DNA of 64,000 nt from Azolla caroliniana (taxonomy: Eukaryota; Plantae; Polypodiophyta): the NCBI GenBank assembly GCA_043228905.1, contig JBHGNT010000001.1, positions 31,372,001 through 31,436,000 on the forward strand. Direction: 5' to 3'. Below, one piece after another: positions 39,356 to 50,321 of the stretch (positions are counted from its first letter, which is position 1; the number at the start of each line of letters is the position of its first letter). Below the pieces are notes generated by a model, which was not told the DNA's origin, did not search any database, and worked only from the letters and a program-made list of their open reading frames with translations. The position numbers and the translations under genes were made by a program.

Positions 39356-39464
39356 GCCTTTGTGAAGTGAAGTGAGGAGGTGAGGTGAGGTGGGGTCACT
39401 TAGGCAGATGAAGACGGCAAATCGAATCACGCCACATAGGGTGGCCCTACCAATGGGCTTTGTC

Positions 39465-39483
39465 CACGTGTCACACACACGTG
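39465..39483. promoter_or_regulatory. Paired G-boxes (CACGTG x2; the first is ABRE-type CACGTGTC)
   Basis: CACGTG at 39465-39470 and 39478-39483, just 5' of the CT-rich leader of the NAC-like gene. Confidence 0.45.
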
Positions 39484-39650
39484 ACACACACACGCTCTCT
39501 CTATCTTTCTCTGTCTCTCTCTCTGTCTCTCTCTCTGTCCATGCCTCTGTTCACGCCTCTCATGCAATTCATCCATTCAGATAATGACGATGATGATGAT
39601 GATGAGGAGGAGGATGATGAGCCACAGACAGAAGAAGGGAGAAGAATCTG

Positions 39651-41249
39651 ATGATGATGATGATGATGATGAAGAAGAAGAAGAAGAAGACTTGGCCTAT
39701 GAACCCTTTCCTGCATAAGTCACCCTCCAAGACGACGACTACTCATCCCAAGCTCAAAGAAGAAGAACACCAAATTGAAGAAGAAGAAAATGAAGACGAA
39801 GAAGAAGAAGAAGAAGAAGAAGAAGAAGAAGAAATGAATGCAGAGAATTTAGATGCCTTTAATCCCAGTACCCTTCCTAGAGTTTCTGGTCTATACAGCC
39901 ATATCCAGATAATCGACCATGATCAGGAAGATGATGGTAACTGCTACCACCACCACCACCACCACCATGCTAGTAATGACGATGAAAATGAATGTATGGA
40001 TTCTTCTTCCCTAACCTGTAATGAAGAGCTGTGTCTTGAGCTCAGTATAAGAAGCCCTGCTGCAGCGACTCATCATATCATGAAGAGGTCTATCCATTCT
40101 GACGACAGAAGCGGGTTTTCCAAATGGCAAAGGTTTGACTCGTTATTTGACGCTTTTGAGGGTTTGGGGAGTTACAGGGTTTAGGTGTGGTTTTAAGTTA
40201 TGGTTGAGATTGTTGGGATCAGGGTTTAGTTGGTGCTAGCATTATGGTTTAAGTTTAGAGTCTTGTGGATACTTCCATCACAGTGTAGAGGCACATTATG
40301 TATGGATTAGGTTTTTTTTTTCTTGCAGGATTCGTTTGGACATTATGAGCTTTTGTTTACGAGGCTGCACTGTGCTGGCTGTGCTTCAATAAGTTCATGA
40401 CTAGAACACCATAGATAAACATAAGTAGCTATTTGTTACTTATTATCTAAAGATTCTTCTGATACAGAAATACATAACTGAATTCAGTGAGCTCTTCCTT
40501 TTGCATATTGATTGATCTCACTTGTGTGGTACAATTATTTGTGTAGGCCAGAGCGAGAAATGCAGTTGGCATCTCATCCTCATGCAACCTCCAATATATT
40601 TCAGCCTGTTTTGTATCCCAAATTACAAGTGGAGAATGATGATGACATTAGGGAAGACAAAGCCACATCCTTAGAACTCATGAATTCTGATAATGCAGAT
40701 GTGCGGTATCAGACGAGCGATGTCGATATTGGCCGGATGAACCTCGATGCTCACTTGATTCAAGAGCGAAGCTTGGTTGAGTTTCTTTGCGCAAAGAAGC
40801 AGAACAAACCTCACGCCCTTGATAACATTGTGATCAATGCAAATGTATACAACAGTCATCCATGGCACTTCATGGGCACATCAACTATGGGTTGTCTTTA
40901 TTTTTGTTGCACTACGGAGTATACAAAGAAAGGGAACATGACCAGGAATAGAATGACAAGGGAAGGTGGGAGGTGGAAACAGCAAGGGATAGTTCAACCT
41001 ATCCTTAGGTATAATATAGCTGAGCCTTCCCACAAGACCTACCTTAGCTACATTCCTTGTGGCCAACTTCCGAACTCTAGTAGTGCTTACTTTGTCAATG
41101 TTCCTTCCACATCCGGTCGTGTGAAACATCGGCACCGCATGATCGAGATTGCCCTTGATGAGGACTTGGAATTAGAGAAGAAGTCTCTTAAAGGCAAGGT
41201 CACTCCCAAACCCTTCTTAGTTGTTTGTGTACTTAGAAATACCATCTAG
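39651..41249 (+). CDS. Atypical NAC-domain protein: acidic N-terminus, divergent NAC domain at the C-terminus
   Basis: Exon 1 (start 39651, 39699 or further upstream) to 40132 joins exon 2 40547-41249 in matching phase 2. NAC subdomain-like motifs occur in order: LVEFLCAK, VINANVYNSHPWHF, LYFCC, RNRMTREGGRWKQQG, KTYLSY, HRMIEIAL, LVVCVLR. Confidence 0.75.
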
Positions 41250-42484
41250 TTAGAACCTTCTCTTAAATATAACTACTTGCTCATGTTATTCTAAACTTCG
41301 TCAAATATTCTTCTTCCTGCCCCATGGGTACTCATTTCAGCACAATGATGTTTTTTGTATTGATGTGAATATATTCAATGCTTTCCATGGTTCTTTTAAG
41401 TAATGCATTTCTCTGCCATTTGTTACAACTTACATATGCCTGTTAGTAATGCATTTCTTAATTTACTAAAAGAATTATTCATGCATCGCTCTGCTTTTTA
41501 TATCTCAGTTCTTTATATTTTATGAGTTCAAGGCCAATCTTCAATTGTTTAAATCGTATGATGGATCGAACTGAAGAAAATAAAATTTAAATAGAAGTAA
41601 GTGGATGGGAGGGCATGGTTTCAGAAAATCAATGTACTGTGTTTTTCATGTAAAGTTACTTCGAGATTTTAGATCATTATTAGAATTGTTCATGCCTTTA
41701 TAATTGATAACTAATTTATTAGTCACTTTCCAAACTTTTGCTTGAATATGGGTATCTTCACTTAACTTACATGATAGAGTGTTGCACTGTCACAAGGAAT
41801 CTATGGATTTTGTTAATTGTTCTACTCTGATGCCTTGCACAACTTTATTCTGAAGCGAGGTGGCTGAATTTTGAGTCTCCAATTTGTTTCCCTATGCATA
41901 TAGCTTTTCAACATCAATGGCATTATATTCAATTATTAGGGACTAGTGTTCATCAAAGGATTGGAAACCTAGAAATTGCTGTTTGAAAATAAAACATGAT
42001 CCACAAAATAGTAATCGCACATAAAATTTATCAATATCACCATTTTAGCTCATGACCTCTAGCCAAACCAGAGAGTGAGTACATGGGAAGGTAGTACTCA
42101 TGTGTAACAACGCAGGGTTTTGAAAACACCAAGTAAATTTAATAGGGACGTTACATATTTTGGATCTTAAAACTTACTAGAAGTGGTACCCTTCATGGAA
42201 AAGGCATCAACATCAAGAGAAGCATATTCCGGAGAGTCCTTGACAATATCAAGTCTCTTGGAGGCATACATAATTGGGATTATTCATTATCTATATATCT
42301 TGATATAATGCATCTATAACTCATTCAACTTGTACAAAATGTTTATTGTCATTATTCACCATCTATACATCTGGATTTAGTGTGTCCATTACTTATGTAC
42401 AATATGTTAGATCCTAGGTTCATATATTTGCAATATCATTGTAGAATGCTGAGAAGCAGCAGACTTAAAAAACAAATTGAGATT

Positions 42485-45400
42485 TTAATCTTGAGGTCGG
42501 GCAATCCAAAGAGAGCTCAAGGCACGTAAACGTGAGAAATAATCTCCGAGTGCTACCAAACCCTTTGCTGATTGTCGTGGTGTCAAAATAAGATGCAGTT
42601 GATGCAACATCTGGTGCTGGAGATTGTCCGCCTATTGAAGATTCATTAGTCATACTAAGAATTAAAAAGATAAACAAATCCATATGGTTGTACAACAATG
42701 TAAGAAATCCAAATGACATGACGACAACCTGTCGGACAAAATTTTCTAATGTACTGAGTTTCCCCATGGCCATTGACATCTGGCCCATATAATTTGCAAC
42801 ATTGTGAACCTCTTGTGAACCAGCTGATAATGTATCGGCCAGATTTTGTTGAAGTGTCTCCATACTTTGAGAGAGGGCATCCTCAGCTTGTTGAGAGAAT
42901 TGTTGTAAGTTGCATATTGTTAGCTGTTGCTTTTCAGTGAGCGGCTGAAGCTCAGGATTAACCATCTGATTCAAGCCATTACATTATTCCTAAAATTAGA
43001 GATTTTTCTTTGATGTACCAAATGGGTTCACCTAATGTTTTAGCTCAAACATGTAAAAACTTCCACGCATGGAAAACTAAAAAGAAAAAGGAAATGTGGG
43101 ATATATAAGAATACGTATATACATACATTTACAGGTACATACATCTGCATGCAAAAGTACTTATAAATGAATTGACACACCTTAAGGAGTTCAGAAGGCC
43201 GAAATCCACCCATCCACATAAAACATCGCTCTGTGGGTGTTTTCCACATGCCAGACATCACATGGAAAACATCTGATTTCACTGCAATTCCCTTGAATCG
43301 GAAGAGTTTATCATAGTGGCCTACAATACTATCTACATGACAACGCAATTCAGTATCGCCTGCATAATTATTTGCTAATGCAGCTCTAAGTTCCGAAAGC
43401 TTTCTGATATGCTCCTCCACCCAATGTGCATAATCCATGTTGAAGGCAGCAGTTCCTGATACAGCATAGCTATTTACATAAATATACCTATTTTTGTGGC
43501 TGTTGGTTTTGGCTTGGTGGTGTCCATAATAGCACCAAAAGACATAAAATTTTGGGAAATTAAGTTCAATCCCGAACGTGGGCTTGGCCCCATTTCACAG
43601 ATCGTATCAATCTTCTGTGGATGTTAACACTATCTCTCTTTCAAATTTGAGCAATGCTCACATTACAATGTTTTTGGAAACGTAGGCAACATACACACGT
43701 CTATGTTTTGTCTCGTAGGCTGATTTTGGCCTTTAATAGACAAAAGACACATCTTTATTTGTCGTTTTTCTAATAGTATTGGGATTGTATTCTAGTGGTA
43801 AGTTATATGTTTCATAATCCTTAAGACTTGGGTTCATATCGTTCTGCCTCTCAATGAAAAGGGATAGGTTACCATTGTATATAACAAACCAATAACCATC
43901 CCATATATCGATAATTAGCTGTCCAAAGAAATGGAGTAATACCTGCATTCATTGATCGGCTGCAAATATCTCCGTTTGCATGATTTCCCTGAGGTCTTAA
44001 GGAGTCTTAGTTATCATTTAGACAAAGGAAGAGTCTGATGAAAAGAAGCGAAAGATATTAATATTTCACCAAATGGCTATCTTTCCAAGGGTTTCAAAAA
44101 GTTTTGGCTATTTTTCAAGAGAAATATTTTTAGGTAGGCATGCCCAAACTTACAAAAAGATTTCTAAAGTTTTATAGCATATAAAATTTTCCGATCATGT
44201 ATGCTTAGTGAATACTTGACATTCCACATTGGTTTATCCTTAAAAGTTTCATCTGCAAAACCAAGTTTACGCTTGTGTTCATTTATGCTGAGATGATTGA
44301 AAAGTTTTCTGACTATTCATGTTCCTATACCTGGTGACGAACCCGATCAACCTCTTGCTCGAGTTGATTTAACTTCAGTCTATTTGATTCCAATTGTTGA
44401 ACATATGCCTAGAATAAAGATGGTCCATATCAACGCACAATAACCAATCATACCAAAGCTCAGTAAGTAATCAATTCCAGTCATCAAACCTTCTTCCGGA
44501 GACGACTCTTACGAGCGGCTTCCCTATTCTGAGCAAGCCTTCTGAGCACCTACAAGACCCATGCATATTATCATGTTTTATATTTGATGCACACAAAACA
44601 ACACCATCTTTTTAATTTTTTATATGATATATTAAAATTATTTGACTTCACAATTTGCTTTTCTCAATAAGAGAAAACATTAATTTTGGGGATTTTTCAT
44701 TATTTTGTCTACCTTGATATCAGTAATATTGCTTTTATCACAGTCAGAATTCCTCAATTTTGTACCATTTATATTTTCAAACTGGAAAAAGAAAAGTTTA
44801 ATCTGATAAGTGTCTTGGTAAAGCCGAATCATTCGAGACAAGTTTTGCACATGATAGGGAAAACATGATGACATACATGTTCATCTTTTAGTAATTGCTC
44901 CATGCTTTCTGATGTTTGAGCATATGGATTATTCTCTGCCCACGTTTCAGTCATTTATTTTGACTAAAATAAATGATCATGAACTGAATATCTGTCCTTG
45001 CCCATAACATGTTTTTCTAGTGAGGATGAAAACCACGGCCAAGGAAACAATGGCTAAAACAGAAAACATAACCTGAAATGCATATAATTGAGTTAATTAG
45101 CAAAACTGTATGCACAAAAAGAAGGAACACCGTTATCATAGGGTATAAATAAAAATGATCAGAATTTGTTTCTTTCTGATTTTAATCTATGCAAAAAGTG
45201 CCCTCCAAAAAGCACATGATTCATTCGAAATGACTGTAAATAGAAGCAAAATTCACATCAAATAGCAAAACACACATCTCATGAACGATGGTGATAATGC
45301 ACAAATGTATCTATAATCGAATGTATATGCAATAATCCAACCAAATGCATTATTTTCAAAACATATATATTTTTATATTTGATATGAATAAAGAGTTGCC

Positions 45401-45926
45401 ACTATCTAACCTGAGCTTATGTTCTTCTAAGTTTTGGGAAGATCAATACGCGACAGAAATGACAGGAAAACACATGCTCGAAATGCAGCTAAACTAAAGA
45501 GAAAAGAAGAAGAAGGATATAAGGGCACTTACAGAGTATCCAAGGAGAATTGCATGTCTAGAGATGGCGATGAGAGGGGGAATGACCCATTCGGCCTCAT
45601 CTAAATGAGATGCCTTCACATTGGGGAAAAAAAAGGTTGGGTTATCATTACAACTCATTACCATCACTTTCAGGGAGGGATGTCTCTGAGTTTCTGTTCT
45701 GTTGCACGCGCGAAAAGGAGGAGGAGGAGGAGGAGGAGGATAATTGAAGCATTCCCGTGGTAGCAATAATAACAAAAGGATGTGTTTCCTGCGTGGGTGG
45801 AGGAGGAGGGGGAGTTTGTTGGTTGCCCGGCCGGACACAGCAGTAGAACAGAACATGGAGGGTGGGCTGGTGTGAACACGATGGAACCTTATTTTCATAG
45901 TCATGCGATTTCAAAGAGATATACAT
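42485..45926 (-). CDS. TGA-type (group D) bZIP transcription factor with DOG1 domain
   Basis: Confident exons: 44549-44490 (VLRRLAQNREAARKSRLRKK), 44408-44331 (AYVQQLESNRLKLNQLEQE), 43988-43943, 43455-43181 (FHVMSGMWKTPTERCFMWMGGFRPSELLK), 42965-42729 (QQAEDALSQ, YMGQMSMAMGKL), 42631-42485 (RLRALSSLWIARP). Tentative phase-compatible 5' exons: 45926-45662 and 44935-44877. Confidence 0.93.
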
Positions 45927-46049
45927 ATGCAATTTCCATAGCTCGACGACAAGAGACGATCGTATTTGTGAACCAAGGGATAACACCACGTAAAACATTG
46001 CGTATTGCTCTCGAGGAATTTACTAGCGAAGAGTCCACATTGCTTTGTT

Positions 46050-46084
<35 letters not shown>

Positions 46085-46719
46085 GTGGATGGTCAAATCA
46101 ATCATGGCTAAGTTTGTAGGGAACGCAAGCTCCAATGTTAATCCAAGGTGGGGGGGGGGGGAGACAACCGGTCGGGAGTTCTATAGTTGGATTCATAAAC
46201 ATGCTTGGGCTATGGATTATAATGGTGCCACGATATCCCCACTTGCATAGAATGGATTGTGAGCTTAGCCAAATGGAAGCAATGGTACATATTATTAGTA
46301 GGAAGTGGGGATTATAAGGGGTATGCATCACTATTATCGATGATTGTGATTATGGCACTCTCTTCGGTATATGGATCGGTAGCCCACCGATTGTTTGGAG
46401 ATATGCATTAGGAATTTCAAAGTCATTGTTGTATGGCGGCCTAAAGTAGAACATGTGTGTAGTAGAATTGGGAGTAAAGAGAGATGGCAACCATATGTAT
46501 ATGTACGTGCTTGCTTTTCTTTGAATTAATCATGTTCATTAGGTGCATTAGGCTGAGGGTGTGGAAGGGCAGTCCCGGCAATTACATAGAGACGCTTCCA
46601 GGGGAGGGAGGGTAGTCCCTGTAATTTAGGAAAACGTTGTGCATTATCTAAGAAAGAAGGCCTTCTTCCATGGCCATGGTCGACGACGCTCCGTTCCTGT
46701 TCCTTCTGCTGCTCTAGCC

Positions 46720-49414
46720 ATGGCTGCCATCCTCCCCCTCCCTCTTAACACATGCCAGGTATGTGCTTATACCACCTCCTTCCACAAAATCCTCTGTCTC
46801 TGTAGCTTCTACCTCAACCCCAAAGTTTATTCATGAAAAGATGAAAAGATGAACTGCTCTCAATATACATAAATAGGTATTTCGAATGCTTAAACCTTAC
46901 ATCGAAAATCTGGAATCGAAATTTAAGCTATTTACTGTGCCATCACTATTTGAAGGATTTAGTGAATGTCCATCAAAAGGCCTTTTCTTGGAGCCTTACA
47001 AACGTATCTCCACGAATGGGGATACTGATCTTACAAACCCATACATGCCTAGAGACTGTGCCTAAAACAAACTCGTGGACTTAACTTCCTAAAATCCGAA
47101 TAACCCCACAGACCAACTGGGGAAGAAGGTATTTTGCATACACATATAGCTTGCGTAAAGTTTGTTTTGCACATTTATAAATTATAATGTGAGATAACCA
47201 GGCTCCAACTATATAGAGTTTACCACTATATCACGGAAAGAGCTATGTGGAATTCTTAAGAAAGATGATTGTAAAACAAATGCTCCCTTGGTACAAGCTG
47301 CTCAGGAACGGTTACACATATCATAAAAGGGGCTATTTGGAACACGTGTAAGAGAAGAAAATAAGAAAAATAGTATGTTTGGCAAATCTATATAGCTGGT
47401 CTAGTAATTGGATAGACTTGATAACATTTTATACGGCGATAACCTATGACTGAACAACCTATACACGCATAAATGCATGCATGTATATGTGTGTCTTCAT
47501 ATGCAATCTACTGATGAAATGTTTGGTTTTATCGTCTTCGAGGTTCAGTTCAAGGCATCATCATCAAGCGATCGATGCTCACAATGCATGGGTTTCATAC
47601 ACAGTCACAGCCATTTGAATTACTCCAGAGGGTTCATTCCACCATTGAGGTGCAAGGTTCAATCAAACTTATGATGTGTGAATACCATATCTCTTTAGCT
47701 CCGTATTTATAGTAGCTTGTGCAAATTGGTCTTTTTTCATTGTAGATTTCCAAACTTTTCCTTTAACCATCTCCAATTGAAATCACATCGGAAAATTGGA
47801 ATTGCATTCGCCGAATCAACTGGTTAGTGCAACTAATTACTTTTCTTACTTCAAAGTTTCTGTGTCAATATGTTAGGATCACAGTTTTTGTCCAGATCTT
47901 ACCATTTCAGACTATACTCATCCAATAGCTAATGAGCATATTCTAGCCTTGGTTAACACCTAGTAAATTAGTTATTAATCTGCTCATTAGAAAAGACATG
48001 CCTGTGGTTTGTTTATAAATGGGTTGTGCTACATGCAGGGCAAGTGGATCGAACTGTGAAGATTCGGTTTGGTAATAATGCTACAGTTACCTCAGAGCCA
48101 GTTGGAACAACTCAGCTGAAAGTGAGAACAAGTGGGAGCTATATGATGATGATGATGTGTGCGCATGTGCTTTTTCACTGTTTTATTGCCCTTACAATGT
48201 GAAGCTGACCCATCTTGACCTGATTTAGGTAACTGTTAATCTCAATTCCAAGGCAACACGGAAAGCTTTTGATTCAATTCTTGAGAGCTTAAGGAGATCA
48301 GCACCGCCAGTTGAAGGGTTTCGTAAGCTCAAAGGAGGTTAGGCCAAAAACTTTGCAGCTTTTCTTGTCCTCCCCAATGCAGTGCTCATTTAGCAGTGTC
48401 TTAGTGGTGAGGGTGAGACTTGAACTTATGGCTTACGGTACAAGGGCTCCAAATACTAGTGATATCTGTTAAGGATCAACAGCAAAATACTGCGATCTTG
48501 TTAATATTAGCTAGAATGCCCTTAAGTTTCAAAAAATAACCAGGACAATATTTAAGTTATCGAAAACTAAGACAATGTGCCTAAGTTACAGAACACCCCT
48601 CCACTGTATAAAGTTTTCCAGTACTAAGGGGTATTCTCATCATTTTTGGGAAGTTAAAGGTATCTGGTTCCTATCCAACAAGGTACAGGTATTGCACTGC
48701 TATAGCCTACTCATTCGTCTTACCAAAAATTAGAAAAACACTATTTCCTTTTTCTCGTTTCGTATAACCATTAATTTAATGATTTATGCTTGATTTTCAA
48801 TGCCTCTCCCTTCTCTCTTTCTCTCTTCTCTAATCGTGTGGGTTGCTTTGTTTCACCTTGTCTTTTTGTCTAACTAATTCTTAACCTCTTTTATGACTGC
48901 TGCGAACTGAAACCTATGCAGGAAAACCTGATGTAAGTATTTGTTCTACAATAAACCTTCCTGAAGCAAATATGTTAATCTTCCCCATATTTCTAATGCA
49001 TTCTTTGCCAACTACTTCCTTTATCGTCCCAGATTCCACGAGAAATCTTATATAGAATGATGGGTCCGAAAACTGTAGATAAATTCGTCGTCGAGGAAAT
49101 AGTCACATCATCTGTTCTTGAATATGTGGAGAAGGTACTTTTTTATTTACACTTCTATAGGACTTCTAACAACTTTGTACTGAAAGATTTGTTATTTCTC
49201 CTGGGTTCAAATCCAGGAAGGAATCAAAGTTAAGAACGATTTCAAGACAGTGCAATCAAATGATGAGCTAGCAGGGTCGTTCAAGGCCGGAAAAGACTTT
49301 GGCTTTGATGCAATTGTGGAGCTAGAGGAATCGGAAACCGAAGGCTCAGAATCTTCCGCCTTGAACCTAAACGTTTCAGATTCTGAATCTACTCTGGAAG
49401 GCAATGAGACCTAA
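46720..49414 (+). CDS. Plastid trigger-factor N-terminal (ribosome-binding) domain protein, truncated TF type
   Basis: Transit-peptide-like early exons (46720-46758, about 47549-47650, 47746-47822), then 48039-48121, 48229-48337 (AFDSILESLRRSAPPVEGFRKLKG), 48922-48932, 49033-49134 (IPREILYRMMGPKTVDKFVVEEIV), 49217-49414 (FKAGKDFGFDAIVEL). GFR signature loop present. No PPIase or C domain. Confidence 0.85.
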
Positions 49415-50255
49415 AGGCAATTTTAGAGTTGTGGCATGGCTGATTCATATTTTTTATTGAGAACCTGGAGGCAAATACTTCACAATTTGTAATGCTCAGA
49501 TTCTCATTGAGGCATAATTTATGCGTGAATTACCTTTTTTGTATCTCGATCGAAATAAAAAAAAATTAAAGCCTACAAACAGAAAATGAGAACTTTCAAA
49601 CTCTGCAAAGGGGAATGAGAGGAATTTCATTCTTTTCAAATTGTCTAATCTTAATGCAGTCACTTGAAATGGCTGTAATTCATTTTGGTTCACGATTTTG
49701 TTTTTTGTTCAATTTTTTATTGTATAACTAACGGCTTTTCATCTGTGCATCAATGCTTATGGTGAGCCTGGTGCATTATTAAATTCAGAGAAGTAGAGAG
49801 AAAGTGTTAGTGCAAAGCATAGAAGAACTTAAGTGAATACTCACAAAGATAAGCCAGAAGCAATCCTCACTGATGTCAAAGAAACACTCAATGTACTCAT
49901 ATAATCATAAATATTAAGAATTCAGCATTTGTATAGGGCAGCTACTCCAATACCAAGCAAGTCAAGTAGGAACGTTAAACTATGATTCTATGTATTGTTT
50001 TAGCAAATAGTGTCAAAATTCTTGTCGTTAATGTGGGTAAGGGAGAGGAACTCTTCAGCTAGAGAGGTGACATAATTTATTTGATCCAAAGAAATCTACA
50101 CGATTGGAGTATGTGCCTAAAACTAGGTTTTCAATCCTAACCAAGGTAAGTTTGTTTAGGTCAAGTTTGGTTAAATGTGTGGAATGTGTTAGTGCTATTG
50201 TCACCCCTCACGATAAACTTAAGGAAATTGAAGATCAGACGATATCTATACGTGC

Positions 50256-50256
<1 letters not shown>

Positions 50257-50319
<63 letters not shown>
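50257..50319. repeat. (TC)n microsatellite
   Basis: Directly visible. Confidence 0.95.

Positions 50320-50321
<2 letters not shown>

Noticed and set aside
48510-48700. Possible degenerate MITE in a trigger-factor intron
   Set aside because: Only patchy inverted similarity, with no definable TIR ends or TSD.
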